Notes under the pieces: model-generated
Database searches by the model: none
Seen by the model: only the letters and a program-made list of their open reading frames with translations
Told to the model about the DNA's origin: nothing
Source of the DNA: Octopus sinensis
Lineage: Eukaryota
DNA: 64,000 nt
Assembly: GCF_006345805.1 (NCBI RefSeq)
Contig: NC_043001.1
Span: forward strand, 131,440,001 to 131,504,000
Direction: 5' to 3'
Made by a program: the position numbers and the translations under genes
In this document: positions 40,182 to 54,976 of the stretch, in pieces
Layout: each line of letters starts with the position of its first letter
How positions within the stretch are numbered: the stretch's first letter is position 1

Positions 40182-40586
40182 TTAAAAGTAAAGGTTATTG
40201 AAAGAAAAAGGAGTGCTGAACTTCAATATTCATTTCTTCTTAATGATAACAATTTTTTAATATCAGGCTTATTTTGTTTTTTAGAAAACCACCCAAAACT
40301 TTGTGATTCTTTTTCCAACAGTTGTGAATTTGTATTTGTGCAATTTTTTATTCTATGTACATGTACTTGCTGTGTGTGTGTGTATGCGGGGGGGGGGGGG
40401 AGGGCTACTCGTGTATGTGTGTGTGTGTATTAATTAGTATCTCCGTAGGCATGAAATTATGTATTTATTTTTGTTTGGTAGAGTAAGTAACTTGGGCTGT
40501 GTGTGTATGTGGCAATATGTATTGGAAACCCATACCAATAGTACTGAGTAAAAAAAACAACAACAAATTAAAACAAACAACATTAA

Positions 40587-40807
40587 CCCTTTCGTTACTG
40601 TATTTATTTTGAGATGCTCTGTGTTTCTTTCAATTATTTTAAATATAACAAAGAATTTAGTAAAATAACTTAGTTATCATTCAGCTAGTGTTAGGAATGT
40701 AAATTGTGACTAAGGCTTAGTGGAATATTTTAATTCAAAACTTATGAAAACAAGACATTTGTACTACAGAGCCAGAGACAGTTTTGGCCGGGTTGGTAAC
40801 GGAAGGG
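40587..40807 (-). mobile_element. piggyBac-type MITE family 1, inverted relative to 38279
   Basis: TTAA at 40583-40586 and 40808-40811; reverse complement of 12620-12840. Confidence 0.9.
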
Positions 40808-41235
40808 TTAAGGATGATTGATGATGATGATGATATATTTCTACATTTGATATATCATTGCTTCCTTCTGTTTTATTTGGTTCTTATTGTATTCATTGAT
40901 AAGGGTTTTTTTTTTATCTTTACAAAATAATTTTAAAAAAACTGTTTATGTGTTGTCTGCATCAACATCACTTCCACTGTCACCACAAGTATCACTATAA
41001 ATTGTCCCCCCCCCCCCGAATAGACAGCTGATCCACACTCTTAACATCTGCCATACTGGGTCAGCCATTCCTAGCACCTCTTCATTGTCACTTCTGCCAA
41101 TTATATGTGACTTGCCGATAGTAATCTGTTGTAGGGCAGTGAATTGTGTACTTCTTCTGTATGGGATGGTGCTAGTGTTGGTACAGCAACCAAAAATGTC
41201 CCACTAGCCTCTTTGTATTGTTTTCTTTTGCCTGT

Positions 41236-41267
<32 letters not shown>

Positions 41268-41725
41268 ATTGTGTGTGTGTGTTTGTGTGTGTGTGTTTGT
41301 GCGTGTGTTTGTGTGTGTGTTTGTGCGCACATGTGTCTATATGTGTGTGTATATATATATATATACATATATATATATCTGTTTGTGTGTGTGTGTATGT
41401 ATATGTATATATATATGTGTGTGTGGGGGGGGGGACTTGTTTATTATTTAGCCTTGAGCAGGCCTGCATTCAAAAACATTCCATTTATGACTATCTCGTC
41501 TTTTGTATATCTGAGACTATACCATCGAATGTGTTTTTCCTTTTATGATGATGCAGGATGTGATTTAAGAAACATTTTGCTACTAATTTTGCTAGGTCAA
41601 GTGATAATACTGAGACTCCCTAAATAGCTTATGTGTGGGGCAAATAATATAGTGAAAGTAGTGGTTGTAGGTAGCCGGACTAAGCTCTACCAAAGCTGTG
41701 CTTGGTACACCATCCACATATCCTT

Positions 41726-42158
41726 ACTCTTTACTCTCTTTTACTCTTTTACTTGTTTCGGTCATTTGACTCCGGCCATGCTGGAGCACTGCCTTTAGTC
41801 GAGCAAATCGACCCCGGGACTTATTCTTTGTAAGCCCAGTACTTATTCTATCGGGTCTTTTTGCCCGAAACCGCTAAGTGACGGGGACGTAAACCAAACA
41901 CCAGCATCGGTTGTCAAGCAATGCTAGGGGGACAAACACAGACACACAAACACATACACACACATACACACATTATATATATATACATATATACGACAGG
42001 CTTCTTTCAGTTTCCGTCTTCCAAATCCACTCACAAGGCATTGGTCGGCCCGGGGCTATAGCAGAAGACACTTGCCCCAAGATGCCACGCAGTGGGACTG
42101 AACCCGGAACCATGTGGTTGGTTAGCAAGCTAACTTAGCACACAGCCACTCCTGCGCC
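41726..42158 (-). mobile_element. CORE-type SINE (OR2-like) with 7-bp TSD
   Basis: tatcctt at 41719-41725 and 42159-42165. Confidence 0.9.
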
Positions 42159-42758
42159 TATCCTTCTCTGTTATTGTTTATTTTCTTTAGCTGACCTGTC
42201 AGAATGTCCACACAGGCCACTGCTACTATCAACTTCTCTGCTACATTACTGCCACTGCATTGATGACCATCAAACAATACTGCTACAATCATTATTACTG
42301 CTATTGCTGACAATATCATCACAAATGCTTTCATCACCATCATTTGTTTCCCCTTCGTTTGTTCTCTCCCTGCTTCCTTATGCTTATATTTCCCTCCGCC
42401 TCTTTCTCCTTTTCCTTCTCCTCTTTAATTCTCCTCCTCCTCTCAAAAAAAAAAAGCATCAGCAGCAGCAGCTACAAACCCATTCTCTATCCCTCTCTTT
42501 ACCTTAATCGCTGCTACCACCACTATCACCACTTTTCCTCCTCATACTTTCACTATTTCCAATATCTTTCTTAATCTCCTCCTCCTCCTCCGCCTGCCAC
42601 TGCTGCTACTGTTCTAAATTCTTCTTCTTCTTCTTCTTCTTCTTCTTCTTCTTCTTCTTCTTCTTCTCCTTCTTCTTCTCCTTTCTCCTTATCTTCTCCT
42701 TCTTCTTCTCCTTCTTCTTCTTCTTCTTCTTCTTCTTCTTCTCCACCATCCCACCACC

Positions 42759-42790
<32 letters not shown>

Positions 42791-43746
42791 CAACACCACC
42801 ACCAACACCACTACAACTACTACTTACTACTACTACTACTACTCCTACTACTACTACTACTTAACCTTAAACAGCGCAATGGGAAATTAAAACTGACCCA
42901 TTGTTGTTGTTGTTATTATTGCTGTTGGTGGTGGTGGTGGTGGTTAGTGGTGGTTGTGCTGCTGCTGCTGTAGTTGTGTAAGCACTAGCTTCATCTTTGG
43001 TGTTAGCAGTGTCAGCAGCAGTGGTAGCGGCGGCAGCAGTGGCAGCAACAATAAGCAAAGCCTCTGACATGCAAACATCTTCATCTTTTCCCTCCTAGTC
43101 TATTGCACTGCTGTGCTCTTCTCTTGCTCCGTTCCACTTTGTTTTGCTCTGCTGCAGTTGTTGTGTTGTGTTGTGTTGTGTTGTGTTGTGCGCGGGTGTC
43201 TTGCTATCTTATCTGGCCGAGCAAAAGTGTGATGTGATATCAAAAAAAAAAAAGAAGAAGAAAAAAAAAAAAAAACAGACCAAAAGTGTGGTCCTGTTTA
43301 TATCACTACTTTGTAAGTACAACTACCACCAACATCATCACAACTATGACTACAATTGCTACTACTACTACTACTACTACAACTACTACTACTAGCAGCA
43401 GCAGCATCACCACCATCACCACCACCACCGCTATTATCAATACTACTAGCACAATTACCACTACCACCTTTCATCTCTGTCCTCCTCTCCCAGTCCTTCT
43501 AAAACAGCATCACTAAAAGTATTATCACTCACCCTCCCTCTCTCGTTCTTTTTTCCCCCTTATTTGACTCTCCTTCTATTTCATTTCCCAATGCCTCTGT
43601 AACCGACTGCCACCACCACCACCACCACCACTAAAAGCATTGCTAGGAATACTTGCTTCTCCCACGTTTTCCTATACTCCCTCCCAGTACTTCTACCCCT
43701 CCCACATATTCTCTCAAAATCTCTCTCATTCACTGGCTCTCCCTCT

Positions 43747-43777
<31 letters not shown>

Positions 43778-43860
43778 CTCTCCCTCTTTCTCTCTCTCTC
43801 TTTGTCCCACTGTTGTTTCTCCATCTCTCTCTCTCTCTGATGACACAATCTGGGCGGCAG

Positions 43861-43937
43861 CAGATACACTCAAGTTGTAGGGCGACTGAGACGTTACGAT
43901 GCTGGCATGGGCCAAATACAGATTGAACTTCGGTACT
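43861..43937 (+). CDS. Weak candidate exon, RYTQVVGRLRRYDAGMGQIQIELRY
   Basis: CpG-containing unique island after a (CT)n tract; ggcag| and TACT|gtatga; phase-1 exit compatible with the 48244 candidate. Confidence 0.3.
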
Positions 43938-44027
43938 GTATGAATGTTATCAAATTTCACTTTGTTTATGTTTTGTATTTGCTTAACTGGAGTTTTCTTT
44001 TATACATAAATACACACACAACACAAT

Positions 44028-44074
<47 letters not shown>

Positions 44075-44347
44075 ATTATATTATCTACCTATCTCTCGCG
44101 CTCTCTCTCTATCTATATGTAAACATAGACATGTATATATATACATACTCATCATGCTTTAACTTGGGCTTTTTTTTATCCTAGGTTTTCTATATGTATA
44201 TATATATATATCTTGTATTTCTTCTGATGTAAAGCATATTGCATATGCATCATTTCAAAATGAGCGTTTTTAGCCATTGCGTATTTTGATATTTGCAGTG
44301 AGATGTTTTGATTTATGTTTTGAGTTTTCTCCTGATATGCACACATG

Positions 44348-44403
<56 letters not shown>

Positions 44404-45100
44404 CTCTATCACACACACACACAAACACACACACACAAAACTAACTTTTAAATTTCTTTTATTAATACACATAATTTTGTTCACATTTTTAAAGATGCAA
44501 ACTTCTTGTATAGTAAACATTTTCATGCCCACTCCGTTTCTCTTTGGGTTTATTTGTTTTTTTTATCTTGTAGTCCTCCTCTTATAACTTTTGCTGAATC
44601 TCCCTTTTTCTTTTTTTTTTTTTCTTTGCTTTACTTACATTTTCTCCCTTAATCTACTTTCCGTGCCTAAATATGAAATTCTTCAAATAGGATGAAGTAC
44701 TTACTAATTACAATATGATATTATTATTACTATTCATCATATCCCTAATTTCAGAGTTTGTATTCTTAGATTTGGAGACTTTCAATTAGTTAGTAATTAG
44801 TTTCTTGTTGCTATTATTGCTAAAAATATTATCATTATTATCATTATTGTTGGTAAAAAAAATGATTGTGCAATTCTTATATAATATTTTCCTAAAATCT
44901 GTAATGTTAGCCTGTTATGAGTTTATTTCATATCGCATTATCAATTTTGTTATTTGACAAATAAACTTATACTCAGGGATAGCTTATCATCTTACAGGGA
45001 TTAATACAACACCATTATTATATCTATTCTACCTATGCTCTAGGTATTTTCATTTGAAAACTTGCAAATAATTACAATCTCTTTATTTAACTTCAATAGG

Positions 45101-45171
<71 letters not shown>

Positions 45172-45280
45172 ATCTATCTATCTATATATATATATATACA
45201 TGTATATATATATATATATATATGTGTGTGTATACACATATGTATATATATCTGTATACATATATTTATGCACACAGCCC

Positions 45281-45317
<37 letters not shown>

Positions 45318-45705
45318 GTGTATATATATATATATATATATAGTGTGTGTGTATACATATACATATATACATATATATAATTTCCCCTTATAAATTTACA
45401 TAAAGAGTTTCCATTACATTATTTAAAGACTTCAGAAGAAACTGTAATATCTTTGGAGTTTTCAAATTCACATGAAATTTTCTATCCTTCTTAAATTGTA
45501 TGACTTCTCTTTTAGCTATCATCTTCTTTTCTATACTTTGATATTAATACTGTTTTTTTTTGTGTTGCTATTAATTATTTCAAATTACTTTTACTATATG
45601 GCCACAGCTCCGAGCTGAAACTAGAAAAAAAAATGTATATGTGTATGTGTGTATATATATATAGATATAAACATATATATATGTTTATATATATATATAT
45701 ATATA

Positions 45706-45737
<32 letters not shown>

Positions 45738-46336
45738 TTGTGTATATTTATATATATATACACACATAATATATGCATATTTATATCTATATATTTATAT
45801 CTATATATATATATATTTATACTCACGCACACACATACACATATACATATACTCACACACGCATACACATACACACACGCATAAGTGAGTGGTAAAGAAT
45901 ATCTCAACAAATGAGTGACATATCATATTGAATATATATTTGTTAAGGTAATTAAAAATAAAGGACCAAAGATAAAATACAGATTTCTTTTAGTTTTTTT
46001 CTTTTCTTTCATTTGTAAATAGATAAGGGATTCCCTTGTTATCATTCTTTCTTTACACTTACTTACACAAGCATGCACACATACAGCACAAAAAACTTAT
46101 ATTTAGAGAGTTATGTGAAAAATCAATCAATTGAAAACAAACTAAAATGAAAAGTATTTTGAAATAATAGCAACATGTTAAAAAACAGAATATATACACA
46201 TAGTTATATATATTTGCATATGTATATATATGTGTGTGCATGTGCGTCTATGTATATATGTATATGTGTATTCATATATATGTATATATATGTATGTGCA
46301 TATATGCATATGTATGTGTGTGTATATATATATATA

Positions 46337-46483
46337 CCGGAGTAAACACATAAATGTGAAACAAGGTGGAAAAAAGAGTACTCAAATAACAGTGGTAGAG
46401 TAATATGCTTTATTTAAAGCAGCAGAAAATTCAACAAATTCAACAAACAGATTTTGTTGAATTTTCTGCTGCTTTAAATAAAG
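46337..46483 (-). mobile_element. (TA)n-embedded short element with 31-bp terminal hairpin
   Basis: Arms 46408-46438 and 46453-46483 are exact reverse complements; unique tail 46337-46407; same architecture as the 5529 and 8937 elements. Confidence 0.65.
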
Positions 46484-48243
46484 TATATATAAATATATAT
46501 ATGAGTGTATATATATTTATATATGTAGATATACATTTCTATGTGTATGTGTGTGTATATATATGTATATGTGCATATATGTATATAAACATATATATAT
46601 ATATATTCCTGTGTGTGTGTGTATAGATACATTTTATAATATACATATATATTATACAATGTAGATTACATATTCTTTGAATCTTGCTTAAAAATATATT
46701 TTGAAAGTCATTATTACATGCGCTTCGTTTGCCTTCTTGAGCATGTCTCCCAAGTGTCCATGCCTTGCTTGCTTGTTTGCACTTGCTGCAGCCAAACAAA
46801 ATGGGTAGACTTGTAAGCTTAAAATGAAATGCATGAGAGTCTGGAGGCGTATACCTTTATGCTTAATCAAACAGTTACAGCGCCACGTTGTCGTATCCTC
46901 TAACACACCCTGCATAAGTAGTTGCAGGGAAAACAAAAACGAATACAAACAAAAGCAAAGGAAAACGAAGGGAGGAGGAAGGAAAAATAAATCCAAGAAT
47001 CAAAAGCAAAAAAAAAAAAAAAAGACAAGCGAAAATAGAAAATTGAGTATGCGTTTGTAAGCCAATGAGAGTTGTTCTTTAGAATCAATGCTCTGCTAGA
47101 TCTTAAGGTATGTGTGTGTGTGTGTTGTGTTGAATAAATATTCATCATGAATAACTTAACACGGTGCCATAACTCTCTGAATTAAATATTCCTTCCTATT
47201 CAGTTTTTATCGAAAATAAAAATAAAATCTTTTGAGAATTAGCTTTATTGCAAGATTTCTGTGAAATTTATTTTGTTATATTTTAAATAGTTATTCATTT
47301 GTTTTGTTTTTATTAAGTTTACTTTTAAAGTTTTTTTTTTTTTTTATAAGATTTCAAGATTTCAATACCAACAACAACAATTACAATGATAATATAAAGA
47401 TTTTAAGCTGTATATTCTGAAGACATTAGATGTTCTTCTTATTTTAGAATTGATTTTGAGATAACAAATTGTATATCAGGTTTTAAACAACTCCTCTCTC
47501 CCCTCCTCTTTATCTTTTCCTCACACAAATACACTCCGGCAGACACTTGTGTTTATAAGCATGCATGTAAGCATGTATGTATGGATGTATGTATGTATGA
47601 TGTATGCATGTATTTATACATGTATGTATGTGTGTCTGTATATATATATATATATATATATATCTATATAATATATATATAATATATATATAATTCTAAA
47701 TATTCGGTAATGCCAATTTTTGTTTTTCTCTCATGTTAAAGTTGAGAAATTAGCATTGGAAGAAGTTGAATAGCTTCTTCCATGTGTGGGTGTATTATTA
47801 TTATTTTTTTGAATTTGTAAGTTGAGTTGTTTTATATATATTTCTGCTCTTTACATCAATTACTTTCAGTTTGATAATAAAAAGTTATCCTTGCCATCAT
47901 TAACTTAAAAAAAGACAAAATGACAAAACATCAGATTTCTACTAATTCTAATTAACTATTTACTTTTTGCTGTTTGTCAGTTACCTTATAAGAAAACGGA
48001 TTGGTTTAGGGAAAGCAAACTGTGGTCTGTTATTAACTCGTTTATATGATTTCCTGCTATCATTATTTGCATATTTAGGTTTACATTTGTTTTGATGGCA
48101 GCTGTGGTAGAAAATAATTAGAATAGCTTACTCTATGTGTGGTGTGAATGTGTGTGTGTGTGTGTGTGTGTGAATGTGTTAGCACACGTGTGTGTGTTTC
48201 TGTGTGTGTGTGTGTGTGTGTACATGTGTGTATTTGTTTTCAG

Positions 48244-48270
48244 TTCCTGAAGAATATGGCATTCTGCTAT
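48244..48270 (+). CDS. Candidate 27-nt micro-exon, (x)PEEYGILL; alternative donor at 48288 adds CKWIRR
   Basis: Acceptor tatttgttttcag|; donors AT|gtaagt and AGA|gtaagc. Confidence 0.45.
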
Positions 48271-49427
48271 GTAAGTGGATCAGAAGAGTAAGCACTGCTT
48301 CTTCATCCTCCAATCACAACCCATCTTTAGTTTTGCTTGTATGCCAGAAGGTGGGTTTCTATCTAGCCAATAAGGAAGGAATGCCACTGTCACTTTCCAA
48401 CAAAAGCTTGTTGTTGTGGTTGTTGTCATTATTGTCGTCAATTATATTGTTGATGTTGCTGTAAGTTTTGTGTTTGTTGTTGATATTCTAGCACTTTCTC
48501 ATTATTATACTAACATAATTAAATTTAAAATATCTAGTATTTATTTATATTTTATTCAATGCTTTCAAGAACTAAACTATTTTTTAGTGTGTGTGCTTAT
48601 ATATTGTTTGTGTATGTGCATCTGTGTATGTGTGAGTATTTGTGCCTGTCTGTGTGTATGTGTGAGTATTTGTGCCTGTGTGTGGTGTGAGAGAGAGAGA
48701 GAGAGAGTATATTCTTTTGTGTATTTCTCTATACTTGTTTGTACAAATGTCTCAGTGCGGATGTATATAAGTCTATATGTGTCTAAGTATAGCTAAAAGT
48801 TGGAGTGTGATACACGTGTTTATGATGGAGAGTGTGTGTATATATTTGTGAATATGTATGTTTGCAAGTGAATGTGTGAATATATGAGCCTTTTTATATA
48901 TGTGTATGTGCATTAGAATTATGTGAGAGCGTATATGTACAACTGTTTAATTTCTCCCCATTCGTTTTACATTTTTTAAAATTATGTCCGTAATTTCCAA
49001 ATTTTCCAAATTACTTTTTATCTTTTGAGTTAATTCTTGTTGCTGTCATCATCAAAGTAAATCATTTTTCATCGTCCTCCTTTTCATCATCATCATCGTC
49101 ATCACCATTGTCAGTGTCAGCAATATGTCACTATTTTGAAGTGATTTGTTTTTGTATCTATGTTTTAGTAGAAGTCTCTCCATGTTGCATCATGGTGAGG
49201 TTATCCATAATTTGTAGCATGTGGCATTGATTGCTTACTCATCAATATGTTGCAAAGTAAATGATTAATCACATACCTGCACGAGTATTTGAGGCCAGAA
49301 CTTCAATTTTTTCAGTCGGGTAAATAAATATATGCAAATTTAAATGTGAGAAAATAAAATAAAGCTAAAAGTAGTATTTGGATATTTTAATGATTGCACC
49401 AAACAATGGGTGTGTGTGTGTGTGTGT

Positions 49428-49465
<38 letters not shown>

Positions 49466-49621
49466 CACGCATGCGCATGTATGTGTGAGTGTGTGTAAAC
49501 ATACACTGTTATGATGAGTTTTCATCTAGCATTTAATAAAAAGAATAGTTGAACCAAATAGACATTAAATGAAATGTATTAAAAGAATATTTAACACAAA
49601 GAATTAAATGCACAACACACA

Positions 49622-49667
<46 letters not shown>

Positions 49668-50240
49668 AATTGCATACACACAAACACATACACAATTCAA
49701 AGGATATTATTTGTAAAAAACGATGAATATTATTTTCATTTAGAACAAAACATATTCCCTAGCAAACAAATATGTGTATATGTATGAATGCTTATATATG
49801 TATGTATGTATGTATATATGTATGAATGTATGTATATATGTATGTATGTATGTATGTATGAATGTATGTATATATGTGTATGTATGTATGTATCTATCTA
49901 TCTCTCTCCCTCTCCCTCTCACTACACACACACACACGCATGCATACACACACACACACATATATATATATGGCCATGTGGAACTATTACATCACTTGGA
50001 TGTATAGGGGCATCTAGGCATAGAAAAAATTGATTTAATGAATTCTTTCTAATCCATTACATATAACTAGTAGCATGACTTTTTGGGCACTGATGTTGCA
50101 AATTGCCAGCAGGTTATGCACCTATATACATACATGCATAAATACACACACATATATAATCATCATCATAAGCGTGTATGTGAATGTGTGCACACATGTG
50201 TATATATATATATATATATTTTTTTTTTTTATTATTTTAA

Positions 50241-50347
50241 AGAAGGAGCTTCTACAGGACTAGAACTGTTAAAATAAATTACTTTACTCTGCTATGTATT
50301 GAGTACCTTATTTACTGTGGTTAACCCCGACTCAACCCGGGATCTAC
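50241..50347 (+). mobile_element. Second copy of the 8937 family; inverted piece keeps only the hammerhead 3' half
   Basis: 50271-50347 matches the reverse complement of 8937-9015; 50241-50270 matches the reverse complement of 9092-9121; ends at (TA)n. Confidence 0.8.
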
Positions 50348-50595
50348 ATATATATATATATATATATATATTTTACTTTTTTCAGTCATTTGGGTGTGGC
50401 CATGCTGGATCACAGCCTTAATAAAATATATTATGTATTATATGTGATGTAGCTATTATTTTACTTTGCAACCATATGGTTACACATTGACTCCTACTGA
50501 TTAGCACCTCTGACAGGTGTTTTATACTATGGCACCAAGTTGACCAATGCCTTGTGAATGAATTTCATATTCAGAAAATGACCAGAAGTCCATTG

Positions 50596-50630
<35 letters not shown>

Positions 50631-51060
50631 CATACACTCATACAAATATATGTACACATACAAACATATATAAATGTGTTAGTTGCCAGTCTGTCAATCA
50701 TTTGATAACTAGTGTTGGTTTCTTTGACCAAATTTCTCAAGACCTGCATGACCACTGCCCAATGAATGGAAAAGATACAGGTCAAAGGATATATTAATAT
50801 CATATTTATAATATATAGTATAAAACACTTGCCAAAGGACGCAACCTGTAAGAATATGGTTGCAAAGCATAACAGTAATTATATCTATCATATATAATAC
50901 AAAATACATTTTATATACATACATGTTATACAAACACATACACACATGCACACACACACACACACACACACACACCATATATATATATATATATATATGT
51001 ATGTATATAAATATATATATGTACATAATGTGTGTGCACATATATTTATATATATACAGA

Positions 51061-51104
<44 letters not shown>

Positions 51105-51530
51105 GTATACATATATACATAGATATATATATATGTATATATGTATGTGTGTGTCTGAGTAAGTGTGAGTGAGTGTGTGTACATGTCTCTTGTGTTATCT
51201 GGTTGGAATTGCCAGATATTTTGGTCTGCAGTCCTCCATGAATGGATATTTGGGCTTCTTACCATGTTTTGATATCTTGTACAGGTTTTTTTTTTTCTAA
51301 AATGTGCACCTTAAACAGTAATATCTATTTCCAGTTCATTACATGAGATATATTCAGGCTGTTAATTGATCATTGGACCAAGAAATTGTTAGCTCATCTG
51401 AGAAGAAGAAGGGTTGATGACAGGAAGGGTATCTGACAGGAAAGGTATCTGACAGAATATAGTCACATCTAATTCATGCAAATATGGAACTGTAGACATC
51501 AAGACAATGATAATGATGATGACGACTATA

Positions 51531-51618
<88 letters not shown>

Positions 51619-51672
51619 CAAAAATACAATTATATATACACATCTATGAATACATTTGTATGTGTGTACATA

Positions 51673-52067
51673 TTCTTTTATTCTTTTACTTGTTTCAGTC
51701 ATTTGACTGTGGCCATGCTGAAGCACAACCTTGAGGGGCTTTAGTTGAACAAATTGACCCCAGAACTTATTCCATCATGCTTTTTTTTTTTTTTTTTTTT
51801 TGCTGAACCACTACGTTACAGGCACATAAGCACACAACACTGGTTGTCAAGTGGTTTTAGGGGACCAACACACACATAGATATATATATATATACATATA
51901 TATATATATGATGGGCTTCTTTCTGTTTCCATCTATCAAACCCACTCACAAGGCTTTGGTCGGCCCGAGGCTATAGTAGAAGATACTTGCCCAAGGTGCC
52001 ATGCAATGGGACTGAACCCAGAACCATGTGTTTGGGAAGCAAGCTTCTTACCACACAGCAATTCCTG
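51673..52067 (-). mobile_element. CORE-type SINE (OR2-like), diverged
   Basis: Shared head and body. Confidence 0.8.
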
Positions 52068-52209
52068 TGTATATATATGCAAACATACATATATATATAT
52101 TCTTACTTTTTTCCACTTGATTTCTGACCATTTCCGTTAATATCATGGGTTTGATGAAGATTTATTGAGTTGAGTCTCTTTCTATTGCCAAGACTTCTTG
52201 CTTTCCAAG

Positions 52210-52276
52210 TACACATTATTTAGGCCACCAGTGTTCCAAGTTGAATGTGCAGTGCCACAAGACATCATGTTTGCAG
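52210..52276 (+). CDS. Weak candidate exon, YTLFRPPVFQVECAVPQDIMFA
   Basis: cttcttgctttccaag| and GCAG|gtagtg; phase 0 in, phase 1 out. Confidence 0.25.
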
Positions 52277-52844
52277 GTAGTGTAAACATTACATTACTGT
52301 TTTGCTTAAGTGATAATGATGTGTACACATTCACACACACACAAACACCTACCATTCCTATCATGCACAAACAAATACACACAAATATGTTTTATGATGG
52401 GAGACATTTTTGTATTTATATACTACCAGTTTCATGTATGAGGTGTTGAATAACCAGAGAGTATATCAGAATGTAGTTGACAAAGATGCCATGAAGTGAG
52501 ACAGAACTTGAAACCATGTAGTTATGAAACATTTCTGTATCTTTTTACTCAAGCCTGAGCTTCTGTAGGTACAATCATACATACGTAAGTACATACACAC
52601 ATACATACATATAAACACCCATATATAAGTGTGTATGTATATATGTATGTATAATATATAGATATGTATGTGTATATGTTTTTTTACAGAAGATATATAC
52701 ATGTATATATAAATATATATCCATTTATATATATTTATATATACATGTATATATTAATATATATACATTTATATTGTTTATATATACATGTATATATAAA
52801 TATAAATACATTTATATATATTTATATACACACATATAAATATA

Positions 52845-52894
<50 letters not shown>

Positions 52895-53101
52895 TATATA
52901 TATGTATATATACACAAATGAATATGCGCATATTTACATATCTCAATATACAGAGATAAATAGATAGATAAATAGATATGCACCCCTATTTAGCTATATA
53001 GCTAAATAAGGGTGCATATCTATTCATCTATCTATTTATCTCTGTATGTATCTACACATACACATGCACACACACACCTTTCAGATATCTGTGTGTGTGT
53101 C

Positions 53102-53144
<43 letters not shown>

Positions 53145-53369
53145 TTACATGTGTGTGTGTAAGTGTATACCCATCAGTGCCTTTCTTACTTCTCTTTATT
53201 TTTATTCTTCCTCTTATCACTATCCTATTATCTCCCCTTCTGTCACCCTCTGTTTTTCTATACTAGATTGCTTCCATTATTATCTATGACTGGGTGTATA
53301 TAAAGGCAGGAAAGTAGTAAACAGCACAAAAGCACCTACCGGCTTGTGGAAACTAGTGTATGTTTTATA

Positions 53370-53413
<44 letters not shown>

Positions 53414-54431
53414 CATACCGATAGATAGATAGACAGATAGATTGAGAGAAAAAGAGACAGAAAGAGGTGTACATATATCTGTGTGTATATATACATATAC
53501 ACTCACACACCTGCATATGTGCACAGGAATATGCCTATAATTACATATATATATATATACACACATACATATATGCATATACATATTTTATTTTATTGGT
53601 TTTATTTCATATACTTGTATATTTAGAAATACTTGTACATATGTATGTACATACATATAGGTATGTATGCATTTATATGTTCATATAAATATGTATAGAT
53701 ATGGTGTATGTGTTTATATATATTATGTGTTTATATATATAACTGTAAACATAAATATATGCATATATGCACCACACACACACATACATAGTTATATCTG
53801 TGTGTGTGCGTGTTCATATGATTGCATAGTGTGTGTCAATAGAGTACAGCATTCTTTCAATTATACACACTCAAATCATCATCATCACATCATCTATTTT
53901 CCATCCATTCTTGGCAGATTTTCTATGTCCAGCTACCCATCCTGTCATCACCCTTGGCATCACCATCCACCCCTTTCAAGAAGGTAATGTTTTCCCTTCG
54001 TTTGCCATATTTCCACAGAAGATTGGACTTCAATGAGGTTGCTTGCATGTTGGTGATGCTTGTTTACAACCTTTTTTAGCAATGTGAAAACAGGGAAACA
54101 TAACCCACCCATGCACACTCACACACACTTACACCCCCTAAATACACATATATATACACATGTGTATTGTGCTTATATACATATATATATATATTTATAT
54201 ACACACAAAAATATACATGTCTGTATATGTACATACACGATGGTCTTCTTTTAGTTTCCATATACACTCTGCCATATCTACTTACAAGGAGCCAGATGGC
54301 CTAGGATTGTAATAAGAGACACTCACTCAAGTTATCTCAGAATAGGGCTGAACACGAACCCATATAGTTGGAAGTGAAATTTGTTAACCAAACAACCATG
54401 CCTGTGCCTATCTATCTATCTGCTTGTCTGT

Positions 54432-54976
54432 ACATACATACATACAAACACACATGCATTCATTTACATATACATACATGCACATATATACACACTTATG
54501 CATATACATATACTTACATACACATACATACATGCACATACATACACACACATACATACATACACATACATATACATACACATACATACATACATACACA
54601 TATACATACACATATACATACATACACATATACATACACATATACATACATACACATATACATACATACACACACATACATACATACACATACATTTACA
54701 TACATACATACACATACATATACATACATACATACACATATACATACACATATACATACACATATACAAACATACACATATACAAACATACACACACATA
54801 CATACATACATACACATACATTTACATACATACATACATACACATATACATACACATATACATACATACACATATACATACACATATACATACACATATA
54901 CAAACATACACATATACATACATACACATACATACATACATACATACATACTACATACATAAACACAAACATACAT
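54432..54976. repeat. Compound (CATA/CATACA/CATATA)n microsatellite, ~540 bp
   Basis: Directly visible; source of the HT/YI/CM ORFs. Confidence 0.95.

Noticed and set aside
53290-53365. GTG-GAAA-CTAGT hammerhead-like 3' half beside (TA)n
   Set aside because: The cleavage position is G and there is no upstream CTGANGA.
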